Shown in pieces: positions 12,300-24,759 of a stretch of 64,000 bases of DNA; positions within the stretch are counted from its first letter, which is position 1; each line of letters opens with the position of its first letter. The notes under the pieces were generated by a model. The model was not told the origin of the DNA, searched no databases, and saw only the letters and a list, made by a program, of their open reading frames with translations. Both the position numbers and the translations under genes were made by a program. The DNA comes from Heptranchias perlo (Eukaryota): assembly GCF_035084215.1 (NCBI RefSeq), contig NC_090331.1, forward strand, positions 72,788,001 to 72,852,000. The letters run 5' to 3'.

Positions 12300-13056
12300 A
12301 ATAAGAAGGTCACATATTGCTTGGATAATAAGAGTCTAAATGGAATAGAGGAACAAAGGGATCTCGGGATACAGATACACAAATCACTAAAAGTAGCGCC
12401 GCAGATTAATAAAGGCATAAAAAGGCAAACCAAACACTGGGGTTCATTTCTTGAGGGATAGAATTTAAAAGCAGATAAGTTATGTTAAACTTGTATAGAA
12501 CCTTGGTTGGATCACACTTGGAGTATTGTGCACAGTTCTGGGCTCCATATTATAAAAAGGATAAAGAGGCATCAGAGAGGGCACAAAAAAGATTCACAAG
12601 GATGATACCAGAACTGAGAGGATATCCTTATCAGGAAAGACTGAACAAGTAAAGACAAGAAAGGTTATTTTCTCTAGAAAAGAGAAAGCTGAGGGGTGAC
12701 CTGATAGAGGGTTTAAGATAATGAAGATAATGAAAGGGTTTGATACGGTAATTGTAGAGAAAATGCTTCCACTTGTGGGGGAGTCCAAAACTTAAGATCA
12801 TAAATATAAGATAATCACTAATAAATCCAATAGGGAATTCAGGAGAAATTTCTTTACCGAAAGAGTGGTTAGAATGTGGAATGTGCTACCACAAGGAATA
12901 ATTGAGGTGAATAGCATAGATGCATTTAAAGGGAAGCTAGATGGGGGTAGATGAAGTAGGGAGAGAGGAGGCTCATGTGGAGCATAAACGCCAGCATAAA
13001 CCATTTGGGCCAAATGGCCTGCTTCTGTACTGTAGACTCAAAGTAACTCAATGTAA
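12300..13056 (+). mobile_element. CR1 LINE 3' fragment in gene 2 intron 2
   Basis: Decayed RT C-terminus (HLEYCAQFWAPYYKKD; RRNFFTERVVRMWN) plus tail. Confidence 0.85.
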
Positions 13057-13515
13057 ATTAGTTTATGCACCAGAAGGGCAAGGAATGAAATTATCTGAAA
13101 AACACTCACAATAGGTTGTATTTCTTCTACTTGTAGATTTGTGTAACCTACACTCAATATGGATTTAATGACAGATTCACTACTTTAAAAATAGTTCAGA
13201 ATTTTAATTTCAGCGTATAATCTGGTTTTGCTAATTCTCCATAAAAATTGCAACTTGTATATGGGTAGGTGTGACATGACCTGATGTTGTCATTGAATCC
13301 CATCCAGCGCTGGTAGTCAGGATATTCTCCTCTGCTCAGAACATACTGGTATCCCATGTAATTGGGTCTCTCATACAGCACCCACCAGTCACTCTCAACA
13401 CGGATGGAGTTACAGCGGCTGAAGTAAGAGGACAGGTCAGCATAGTCAGTACTGCACTCGTAGTGCCGACCCTGGAAGTTCCTGTCCTCATAAAAGGTGA
13501 TCAGTGAAAAGATAT

Positions 13516-15284
13516 AGGGCACCAAATCGGGCCGTGTAGCGCCATTGTTTCGGCGCCTCCCGAATATCCAAGTTGGATGCGCCGGACACCATCTTCGTAA
13601 AGGGTTTATCGCATGCTCGGATAACGAACGCCAGCATCATGTAAAGTAGGGAGAATATGCATTCAATCAGTGTTTAACGCTGATTTAATGTGATAGGCAC
13701 CATTTTGGCACTTAACGCTCCACTCAACTTACTTGTTACTTGCACTGTCTTAACCACGACAATCCAAACATGTCTTAGAGTGCCGGGAGGACCCCCCGCC
13801 AGCACTATTTAAAGGGACCATGCAGGATTTACAGTTTAGTTGCTGGATTATTGCTTCTGGCTGCTGATGCATTTGTATCTGTTTTTGGAGGTCTCCTATA
13901 CTAGAATACTAGGACAAGGGGACATCGCCTTACAATTGGAGCCAGGACTTGCAGGAGTGAAGTTAGGAAACGCTTCTACACTCAAGCGGTGGTAGAAGTT
14001 TGGAACTCTCTTCTGCAAACAGCAGTTGATGCTCGCTGAATTGTGAATGTTAAATCTGAGACTGATAGATTTCTGTGAACCAAGGGTATTATGGGATATT
14101 GGGCTAAGGCGGGCCTATGGAGTTAGATCACAGATCAACCATGAGCTCATTGAATGGTGGAACATCGTTCGAGGGGCTAAATGCCACTGCCACTTGCTGC
14201 CTTCTGTTATGCGCCAACTTCTCCTGCAAAAAAACAGGGCGTGAGTTGGTGAGTGTACTGCAGGATGTTTGGATGATGTGCCTGTCATGGTTGCTGCCTC
14301 CTGATATGTGCCATCGTCTCTTGCAAGAAAGCGAGAAGTGTGTCTAGGTGATGTGCCTGTCATGGTTGAATAGCTGCCAGTGGGTGTGGCCTGTGAGTTG
14401 TGGGTGTGCGGCTTGCATCAGTGGTAATGTGTAAGAGGAAGAATCTGATTGGAAGAGTTGAGTACTGATTGAAAGAGTTTGTTGGTGTGTGGGTGATGGG
14501 GGTGTAGTTTGTGGAGCAGTTGATGCGGCTAGTGGTGCAGTTGGTAGGAGGCGCCATTTTACAGTTGACCTCACTCACCTTGACCACTCACGTCAAAGCA
14601 TTGAACTTCTTCCTGCACTGCATTCATGTTGATGGTGCTATGTGCCTGGCATTGACTTCATCCCCTACTGCTTCCCACTACCTTTTGAGCATATGTCTGG
14701 AGGGCCTATTCCCCCCACCACCGCCCTGCGAATATAGGATACCCCTCCTTCTGTCCACCTCTTGAACCAAGGCCTCTAGTGCATCAGCAGAGAACCTTGG
14801 TGCACGCACTCTCACAGGCCTGGTACAAACTCAGATCGGCAGATTGGTGAGGTCTAGCATGAAGATTGGAGGATGTGGGAACTAGTAGTGTGGAATCTTT
14901 ATGTTATAACATAACTCATCAGTTTGTAAACATAGCGACAGGACCTGCATCTGTGTTTTATGTATATTATGTCTGATCTCCGTTCAGACTCTGTGCAGAC
15001 CCGTATCTTATTTTTAGCAAATAGCAGATACCGGCTACCATTAAGAGATGCAGGCAGCCTGTCAGAGATACAGCCTGCCTTTAAGAGATTCAGGCTCCCC
15101 CTACTGGTGGAAACTGCAAATTTCATGGTATTTTTGTGTCAGGATCTGGCTTTATCGCATGCACAAGGTACAACCTCTGGTAGCACGGATGTCTTGTTCT
15201 ACCTGCGATGGGTCGCCCGCATGTGGGTTAATTGCACAATGCGATGCCCGCACCTGTTTTCGGGGGTTAACCAATTTAACCCCC
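13516..15284 (-). mobile_element. Composite Harbinger-type element, copy 2, inside gene 2 intron 1
   Basis: Myb/SANT-like exon ~14579-14812 reads RAPRFSADALEALVQEVDRRRGILY...WEAVGDEVNA...MQCRKKFNALT*VVK|gtgagt with three stops; second exon starts at 14223; CR1 piece at 13908-14183. Confidence 0.78.
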
Positions 15285-15379
15285 TTAGGTTTGCAAATTA
15301 ATAGTTTCTCAAACTAGGAGATAATTAATGGAGAATGTATAAACTCGGAGTTCTCCTTGCCTTTCCCATTTTGAGCTCA

Positions 15380-15715
15380 CAGTTAGATCTGTAACTGACT
15401 CAATGTTTAACAGCTGCACACAGCTTGGTATTTATACACTGGACAGAAAGGCCTCCCTGGGCTATACTTTTGTTATTCTAATGATTCAGGACTGAAAGTC
15501 AGCAATAGATAAATAAAAAACAAAACATATATTGTACAAAAATACCTGTATTCACATTAACAATCAGGTCATCAATTCTTTTCATTTTGCTTTCATGCCA
15601 TTTTTATTGTTCTGTGACAAAGAGTCAAAGGGTGAGAATCTAAATTGCTTCTATTGGCTGATGTCATGATGGATACAATACAAAGTGTTGAATTCTCGTC
15701 ACTGCTGAGACTTTT
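15380..15715 (-). promoter_or_regulatory. Gene 2 promoter relic: TATA 15429-15436, half-MARE 15498-15506
   Basis: TATAAATA; colinear homology with 4220-4555. Confidence 0.65.
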
Positions 15716-16450
15716 TTTGTGTTTTCTTTTACTTTATGGACTTGATTAAAAACTGCTTCAGTGTTCGCAATTTTTACCTCTGATTATGTTTGTAAATTGT
15801 TCTGAAAATTAAAAAGTACCATCAAACTAATATGCATAAACTTTTGTGTTTACCATAAGCCCTATCTGCAGCTGTTTCACACATATGGTATTAAAAAATT
15901 AATCACTTTTGATCTTCCCTGTATTGGTGTTTGAGTTTTTCTTCCATTCTTACTCCATACTTCAGACACACTGCTATTTTGAGTTGTTACACTGTTGACT
16001 GTCAACCATGTAACTTCTCACCCTCTTTAATCTTTACTCTAATTTTTGTTGCTGTTTCTGCCTACTATTAAACTGCAAGTTTTGTTTAATGCCACAGTCC
16101 ATTTCAAGTACCCATTCTCTCCATTTATCACTCTTTAATCCTGTTGTCTCTCCATCACATGTGCCAGCTATTCTCCTCACTTTGAACACAACAGAGATGT
16201 GGCGATGACCACACTCCTCTTGCACTGCATCAATTCATCTCAGGCCTGTATCTTTTGTTTCTCCATAAATTCTGTTTGAAATTAACAATAATTACTTCAA
16301 AGTTTAACTAGTCAATGAAAGGTTCACCAGATGCAGCACATAGGTATGTTAAAAAACAGATATACATCTTGCTAAGTCCGTTTTCGATGCACAACAGGAT
16401 TTGTAGTCTACCAAGAAGCAGCCAATTGTCACTAACGCAGCCAGATTAGG

Positions 16451-17716
16451 TTTTTTATTGATTCATTCATGGGATGTGGGCGTCGCTGGCGAGGCCGGCA
16501 TTTATTGCCCATCCCTAATTGCCCTTGAGAAGGTGGTGGTGAGCCGCCTTCTTGAACCACTGCAGTCCGTGTGGTGAAGGTTCTCCCACAGTGCTGTTAG
16601 GAAGGGAGTTCCAGGATTTTGACCCAGCAACAATGAAGGAACGGTGATATATTTCCAAGTCGGGATGGTGTGTGACTTGGAGGGAATGGGCAGGCTCTTA
16701 TCCTTCTAGGTGGTAGAGGTCGCAGGTTTGGGAGGTGCTGTCGCAGAAGCCTTGGCGAGTTGCTGCAGTGCATCCTGAGGATGGTACACACTGCAGCCAC
16801 GATGCACTGGTGGTGAAGGAAATGAATGCTTAGGGTGGTGGATGGGGTGCCAATCAAGTGGGCTGTTTTGTCCTAGATGGTGTCGAGCTTCTTGAGTGTT
16901 GTTGGAGCTGCATTCATCCAAGCAAGTGGAGAGTATTCCATCACACTGCTGACTTGTGCCTTGTAGATGGTGGAAAGGCTTTGGGGAGTCAGGAGGTGAG
17001 TCACTCGCCACAGAATACCCAGCCTCTGACCTGCTCTTGTAGCCACAGTATTTATGTGGCTGGTCCAGTCTAGTTTCTGGTCAATGGTGACCCCCAGGTT
17101 GTTGATTGTGGGGGATTCGGTGATGGTAATGCCGTTGATTGTCAAGGGGAGGTGGTTAGACTCTCTCTTGTTGGAGATGGTCATTGCCTGGCACTTGTCT
17201 GGCGTGAACGTTACTTGCCACTTATCAGCCCAAACCTGGATATTGTCTAGGTCTTCCTTTGTGCTAGGTATAACTCCAACCACTGGAGAGTTTTCCCCCT
17301 GATTCCCATTGACTTCAATTTTACTAGGGCTCCTTAATGGCACACTCAGTCAAATGCTGCCTTGATGCTAAGGGCAGTCACTCTCACCTCACCTCTGAAA
17401 TTTAGCTCTTTAGTCCATATTAGCTCCAAGGCTTCAATGAAGTTTGGAGCCAAGTGGTCCTGGCAGAACCCAAACTGAGCATCGGTGAACAGGTTATTGG
17501 TGAGTAAGTGCCGCTTGATAGCACTATCGACGACACCGTCCATCATTTTGCTGATGATGGAAAGTAGACTGATGGGGCAGTAATTGACCGGATTGGATTT
17601 GTCCTGCTTTTTGTGGACAGGACATACCTGGGAAATTTTCCACATTGTCGGGTAGATGCCAATGTTGTAGCTGTAATGGAACAGCTAAGCTAGAGGCGCG
17701 GCTAGTTTTGGTGCAG
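16451..17716 (-). mobile_element. Jockey-group (CR1/L2-related) LINE, 5'-truncated and internally deleted
   Basis: RT motifs in the ORF track (WKISQVCPVHKK; PISLLSIISK); same 3' UTR and A-tail as 36421-39530; ~220 bp missing at ~17255. Confidence 0.9.
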
Positions 17717-18229
17717 TTGAGTTATCTAAGTCCGATTGGCTTTGTGGCTTATATTTTTCTGGCTGCCAAGTCCTATTGTGTATCTCTTCTGTGCCATGTC
17801 TTTGAGGTAATTGGTTTTCATCAACCCCTTAAATCCATGTACAATAATACTGTACTACAATAATTTCAGCAATTTATTTTACCTCCAATATTAATTGCCT
17901 CATGCATCACAGTGTCTGAATTATTAGACAAAGTCAGCAAACGGTGCTGAAACAAATATTGTTTTATTGTCATAGAACCCACCAAACTGTATTCGCAAAT
18001 CTTTGTCACTACTCAATTTAATGATGTAAATTTACAATCTGTTACTTCATCTTCCTCTTGAAATTACTTAATTTCTTCCTAGGATAAGGGCTAAAAAACA
18101 TCAGTTCCCAAAATTATGCCACTTAACAAAGTTCAGATGAGTCACGATTTGCCCATATAGGTTTATTTGTGACAGTTAATAGGCGACTTCAAAGTGTTTT
18201 CTGATATTCTATAGTGACATAATATATTT

Positions 18230-19170
18230 GACTCAACTTGGTTCAGTTGCCAGTACTTCCAAATTAGCAAGTTGTAGGCTTGAGCACTAAATCTAGGCTG
18301 ACACTTCAATGCTATACGAGGGAGTGCTGCACAGTCAGCGGACCCATCTTTCAGATTTGATGTTAAACCTGCTTCTTCAAGTGGACTTATTAAAAAATTC
18401 CAAGGTCCTATTTGGAGAAGATCAAGGGAGTTTTCCTGGTGCCCTGGCCAACATTCCTCTCTCAACCAAAACAGATTGACTGGTCATTCATCTAATTTGC
18501 TACCACTACAACTATAACTACAACTTGCATTTATATAGCGCCTTTAACACAGTAAAATGTCCCAAGGAACTTCACAGGAGCATTATCAAACAAAATTTGA
18601 CACCGAGCCACGTAAGGAGATATTAGGACAAGTTCCCAAAAGCTTGGTCAAAGAGGTAGGTTTTAAGGAGCACCTTAAAGGAGGAGAGAGAAGTGGAGAC
18701 ACGGAAAGGTTTAGGGAGGGAATTCCAGAACTTAGGGCCTAGGCAGCTGAAGGCACAGCCATCAATGGTGGAGCGATGAAAATTGGGATGCGAAAGAGGC
18801 CAGAATTGGAGGAGTGCGGAGATCTCAGAGGATTGTAGGGTTGGAGGAGGTTATAGAGATAGGGAGGGGTGAGGCCATGGAGGGATTTGAAAACAAAGGT
18901 GAGAATTTTAAAATCAAGGCGTTGCCAGACCGGGAGCCAATGTAGGTCAGCGAGCACAGGGATAATGGGACTTGGTGCAAGTTAGGATATGAGCAGCTGG
19001 GTTTTGGATGAGCTCAAGTTTGTGGGACCTTACTGTGTGCAGTTGTCTGGCTGTTGTGTATGCCTACATATCAACATTGTCTGCACTTCAAAGTAATTCA
19101 CTGGTTGTGAAATACTTTGAGTCACCCTGAGGCTGTGATAATGTACTAACATAAATATCAATTCTGTCTT
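18230..19170 (+). mobile_element. DeuSINE-type SINE split by an L2 insertion (SINE parts ~18230-18501 and ~19020-19170)
   Basis: GAGGGAGTGCTGCAC...CCTGGCCAACATT...TTGCT breaks off and resumes as TTTGTGGGACCTT, matching the contiguous SINE at 10030-10261. Confidence 0.7.
18502..19020 (-). mobile_element. L2 LINE 3' fragment nested in the SINE
   Basis: ORF LADLHWLPVWQRLDFKILTFVFKSLHGLTPPYL is the L2 ORF2 C-terminal signature; tail GCGCTATATAAATGCAAGTTGT on the minus strand. Confidence 0.88.
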
Positions 19171-19964
19171 TTACCTATCTGGCATTACAAGAGTGGGGAA
19201 TATAGTTGAATATGGTTGATGCAAGAACTGCTGTCCAATATTAACATGAAATAAATGGGGTAATGAGTCTTCAAAATCCAAGCAGTGCAACCGGATAGTT
19301 GTATATAGTATGTAGCATATAGCATATAGTTTATAGCATATTGTACATAATATATAATGTGGTCCATTTAAACTTCCCAATAATAATGCTGTAAATTTGT
19401 GAATGCCTGTCCATATTCAGAGCAGACAACTGTGAATTTCTATTTGGCCCAAAAAAACTTCCAGCTTTTAACTAAAATGACAGGAGGAGATTGAAACAGA
19501 AATAATGACCTGGGAAGCATATTCATTTTAATTGCATTCGTCCTTTTCCGATATCAGGGGATCCCTCGTGCTTTGTTCACAGGTGCCCTGAAGGAGCGTC
19601 TGTGAACAAAAGTCAGAACAAAAATCTGAGCCCTAAGCAGAGCTGTAGGACTCAAGGATCCAGGGCACTTGGGGCAAGCCACAAGTGACGAGTCAAATGT
19701 TTTAATAACAGCTGGAGCAACCTGCTGGGAGGCCAGTGGTTGTGCATGTTCAGAAAATCTGAACATTAGCAGGATGGAAGGGTTAGTTACACACAAAGAA
19801 GCTCCAGGAAAGCAGCAAACTCAAATTCCGTGCACTGGATAGGGAAGAGGGCATGGGGGCAAAAGTTATTGGGCAAATTTTCAACATGACATGAAACATT
19901 TTTATGGGTAAGTTTAAAGATATTTTTGTGAATTATTTAAGTTATGTGCATTTGTGATAGAAAG

Positions 19965-20500
19965 CTTGGCCCTGAAATTTGACGGGGTCCATTCCACCAA
20001 CACAATTGTTTTGGAGAGGAACCTGATCCACCATAGTCCCAAGCTGGAGACCCCGTCACAAACCCCGGCATTGGAGTCAATTAAATGACCTGAGTAGGCA
20101 AATTGCGTCTGCTGGTAAAAAAGGCCCCTGCCCCGATCCACTGGCCGATGTCATAGCAGCCCCTAACTGCTCCAACAAGGGAATCTGGGGCCCTTCCAAG
20201 GCCAAAGAAATGCTGCCTCCATCTTCATTGTTTGCTCCCATGGGAACTGTATGCAGACATTTTAACTGAATTTCTCTCGGGAGCTACTGAAACCTTACTT
20301 GAGGACTCAGCAGAACTCAAGCCTGAATTCCACTAACGTCTTTTAAAGGTGGAATTTCTCAGGAAAGCCCAGGAACATCCCCAGACATGGAGGGCAGGCA
20401 AAAGATCCGCCCATGGGCCCTACCACCAGAATTTAAAAGGCGAGTGCAACAGGGCAGAATCCCGGTGTAACTGAGCCCCGCCCAAATTCCTGAGTCTCCA
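19965..20500. mobile_element. Possible decayed GC-rich MITE
   Basis: Begins GGCCCTGAAATTT, like the other TIR elements here; GC-rich island; right end poorly defined. Confidence 0.35.
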
Positions 20501-21765
20501 CAGATTGACATCTTGCTTTCTGCCTTTTCGGGCTCCAGGAATTTTGGAATGCTTATGTTTATTACTATAACCCTAGGTTACTGACAAAGCAAGATGGTTG
20601 CTGAAAGCATTTTCAAAAAACTACTTTGAGCTATTTCATTGGTACTGTTTCTCTTCCTTGTTTATTGATAGCTGTTTGTTCTTAAGTAGGTTTCCTGTCT
20701 GCGTCTGTTCATTGGTAGCTTTCCTACATGTTCGCCAATATTTCACCCGATCAGCACTAATTGGGGCTCTGTGCACACTGTGGGTAAACGGGCCATAACT
20801 AATTTCCACCCTCATGTGTCCCACAGAAAGACTACACTACATTTTTCTGCTGGGAGATAGAAATACCTCCAGGGTATCTTTTTGTGCATTTTTGGGCAGT
20901 CTTTAAATTTAGGGTCGGAGAACCATTTTCATTAACTCTCCAGCATTTGGTTTGCAACGGCAGATAAACAGAAAGATAGACAGCGGGTTAACAGAAAGAA
21001 CTAAAGAGGGGAAGAAAAGCATAGACAAGGTTACAGGAAGAGGGACACATACTATTTTTTACATTGAACTGTGTCATAGGAGATTATCTTGTAAGCTATT
21101 TAATAAGGGCTCATTTAAAACGTCAGTCCAATATTTTGGGGAAGTTTCCATAAATCCTAGCTAAAGACTTTTTCACTTTAGGACAAAAGCTGGAGCTGGA
21201 ACTTTGCATTCTAAGAAAAAATGTAACTACCTTCCATAGGCAGAAAAACAAATAATCAATTCAAAATGATTCATATGAAAATTTATACTTCAGTATAAGT
21301 ATGTCGTTAATATGATTTTTCTCTGTTGTTAATATGACATTTTTTATCAAGAAGACAGATTAAACCTATAAATTATATTGATAAGAGGACCATATGGCTG
21401 CCTTGTCATTTGACATTCAACTGGGATTTAAATATTTATAAGAAAAATAATGTTTTTTTAGCAAATTGCCGATGCCTGAAAGAACAGTGTCACTGCATTC
21501 TACCAGTTCATGTCAACTAATCTGACCATTATATAAATTGAACAACCTCGGTCAACATTCATTGGCATGTCATTGGTAGGATTTGTATATATGTAAAAGG
21601 TATTCCTTAGGTCAGATCTGTTGAGTAAAATATTGGAGGAGTCCTGTAATACACTTTCTGCTGTATCGTTTACACGAGAATCCAAAAACTAAGTGAAGTA
21701 AGCTGAGGCATGTACTTTATTTTTTAATCATTTCAACAAGGGTATTTGTGTTTTTCAAGAAAAAC

Positions 21766-23009
21766 CTAGAAATCCCTCATTTGCCTGAAAGATCCGATAG
21801 TTGAGCTGTTGCCGCCCAGTCACTGAATCTCCTGTATTCACCGGGACTCATGAAGTACTGCCTTCCCATGTAGTTGGGATGTTCATAGAAGGTCCAGTAA
21901 CCGTCCATCACATTGCAGGAGTGAATGTCACGGTAGCGGAAACGATCGTTGACAGATGGACAGTCATCCATGAATTCCATCATCTGTCCTCCAAAGTCAG
22001 GCCTCTCGTAAATCTTCATTCTGTAGGAACCCCCACTGGTCTGTAATATAAGTAAAATAATATTTATTAACTGTGAATCCAAAGCATAATTTGATAATGT
22101 TTTTAGGAATCCTTTGTTAAATTACATCCTGTAACCCCCTCACAACTAATCCAATGCTTATTTTTCAAGCAATGCCAACTTGTAGATCTGACTTTAAGCT
22201 TTGGGAGTAGAGTTTTATCCTGTGGGTAACTGGAGAGGGATCTAACCCAGCAGGTTTGTGATTTTTTTTTAACTCTATACGATTGTTATAGCAGAGCCAC
22301 TGCCAAGGTTCAAATTTTCACCTTATCTCCACCACTATTGAAGGAGCAATCACCGATGTTCAGTGATGGAGGTTAATCAGCCTAACAGGGCTATTATCCT
22401 ACCATTCTATTTTCCCTTATCTGTGGTGGTGCTATTAACAGCAGAGATAAATAACCCTTTACAATTTATAGTCCAACAATGTTGTGACTGAAGTACCAAT
22501 TTCCAATAAAGTGTGATCTGCCACTGAAGTAACAACCTCGATATCAAAGTTCCTTTTGTTCTAGTTCTTGTTATCCTTTAACTATTCAGTGCCTTACATC
22601 ATTTATTTTACTCACACTTTGATGTTACAGTACAGTACAGAAGTTACAGATTCTAAACTATCTGTTAGACTTTACTTTGGGGGGGGAAAGGTGCCAATAA
22701 TAAAAGTGTCATCTCCTTAAATAAGATAGAACAAGAATAAAATTATTACTTAAAAGAGAGAAGGGTACATTATCCATTGAGAGGCAGTAAATAATATAAA
22801 GCATTATCAGCAAATAATTTGCTGAATTAGCAGCTTGTGTATGGGTATGTGCGACATGACCCGATGCTGTCATTGAATCCCATCCAGCGCTGGTAGTCAG
22901 GATATTCTCCTCTCCTCAGAACATACTGATATCCCATGTAATTGGGTCTCTCATACAGCACCCACCAGTCACTCTCAACACGGATGGAGTTACAGCGGCT
23001 GAAGTAAGA
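21766..23009 (-). pseudogene. Gamma-crystallin pseudogene (gene 3), 5'-truncated; exon 2 remnant 22839-23009, exon 3 21766-22040
   Basis: Exon 3 is 275 nt (1-bp loss near 21815 gives [16 protein letters not shown]); exon 2 donor is ACAAGC; homology stops at 23009. Confidence 0.9.
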
Positions 23010-23097
23010 CGTTCAGTAATTTACCAAATTAATATTTTTTTAATTTTACAAAAATATTATTCACAAAAAGTGCGAAATATAACAGTTAGCCTAACCT

Positions 23098-23847
23098 TGC
23101 CCCATTTTGAGTTCAATTAGGTAGAACAGACTTGCTCTATCAAAACCCCTCATAATTTTGGATACCTTTATTAGGTCTCCCCTTAACCTTCTCTGCTCTA
23201 AGGAGAACAATCCGAGATTCTCCAATTTCTCCATGTAACTGAAGTCCCTCATCCCTGGTATCATCCTGGTAAACCTCCTCAGAACCTTTTCCATGGCCTT
23301 ACATCAAGTTACATCGAAACTACAGCACAGAAGCAGGCCATTCGGCCCATCTGGTCTATGCTGGTGTTTATGCTCCACCCGAGCCCCCTCCCTCCCTACT
23401 TCATCTAACCCTATCAGCATATCCTTCTATTCCCTTCTCCCTCACATGCTTATCTAGCTTCCCCTTAAATGCATCAATGCTATTTGCCTCAACTACTCCT
23501 TGTGGTAGTACGTTCCACATTCTTACCACTCTTTGGGTAAAGAAGTTTCTCCTCAATTCCCTATTGGATTTATCAGCGACTATTTTATATTTATGGCCCC
23601 TAGTTCTGGTCTCCCCCACAAGCGGAAACATTTTCTCTACATCTATCCAATCAAACCCTATCATTATCTTAAAGACCTCTATCGGGTCACCCCTCAGCCT
23701 TCTCTTTTTAAAGAAAGGAGCCCCAGTCTGTTCAGCCTTTCCTGATAAGGATATTCTCTCAGTTCTGGTATCATCCTTATGAATCTTTTTTGCACCCTCT
23801 CCAATGCCTCTATATCCATTCTGTAATATGGCGACCAGATCTGTGCA
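23098..23847 (-). mobile_element. Two adjacent CR1 LINE fragments (~23098-23300 and ~23301-23847)
   Basis: ORFs RRFTRMIPGMRDFSY...LEQRRLRGDLI and TRGHKYKI...RRNFFTQRVVRMWN; tail at ~23300-23400. Confidence 0.87.
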
Positions 23848-23849
23848 AA

Positions 23850-24480
23850 TGATGTGGCCAAGGCATGGTTACATATGGGAAAATTCGCATTGGAAAATGA
23901 GGTAGTCTGGAACCTGGTAAATTCCTGTTGGAACGAGGTGGGTCAGATGCTGCTATTGCTCAGAATTAATATCAGCAGAGTTAATATCAGGCCTTCCACA
24001 GCAGACAAATGTTTTAAAAGAGTTCCATAAAAAACCCTGGGTTGGACACTTGAGGTGCAACAAAAGGGTTAGGAAAAAAAGAAAGAAGTTAAAAGCCCAC
24101 AGCAAAAATTAAAATTGATGTGAGAAAGCAAAAGGATAAGTGTTCTCAGCATTTTCTTCTTCTATTTGAAAAAGAAAAGACTGATGGATTTTGTTTTCAG
24201 TCTCTGAAAGTGGGTGTGAATGTGTGAAAGTTTGCTGCTGGCTACGTGATCTTGAAAGTTAACAGTGATGTTATCAACTGATAACCTGTTTAGCAGAAAC
24301 TGCTGCTGTTTGTTTTCTGTTTTTGGTTTTGAACTGATTTGGAGTAATTGACAGATTGAGAGTTTGATTAGATTATCAAATTATATGACTGGCTTCTGGC
24401 GGTGGCCACTACAGCCAGTTAGCTATTTAAACCATATCGGCTTGAGACCTGGGATTATCACATAAAATGTGGTGCTCCCT
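23850..24480 (+). mobile_element. Possible decayed LTR with a PBS-like motif, upstream of the env-like relic
   Basis: TG at 23850, CA at 24461-24462, then TGGTGCTCC at 24470; no second LTR or TSD found. Confidence 0.25.
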
Positions 24481-24759
24481 GAGTTCATAACCCATTACAG
24501 GGATCAATATTTTTTAAGATGCGTGAAAGTGTGAATATGGTTGTAGAGTATGTTCATTTCAATTTAAGACTGTGCCTCCAAAATATGTGAGATTTAAAGA
24601 AAACTTTTGTGCTTTACATTTGTACAAAACATTGTTTTCTTAATCTTGTCACTGCAAATCATATATTTTTCACTTACTGTATGAGTGAATAAATAATTGT
24701 ATCAGACATTATATCTTATATATTACATCTTGCAGGGATATTACATATTACCACAGTTG

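Larger units (their letters stand above)
10717..15369 (-). pseudogene. Gamma-crystallin pseudogene (gene 2); exons 15361-15369, 13259-13501, 10717-10991
   Basis: Exon 3 is 275 nt (1-bp deletion near 10967); exon 2 acceptor is TG, not AG; exon 2 donor is ACAAGT; exon 1 donor is GC; 1.77-kb transposon in intron 1. Confidence 0.9.

Noticed and set aside
19300-19360. TA-rich quasi-repeat
   Set aside because: Low-complexity sequence only.
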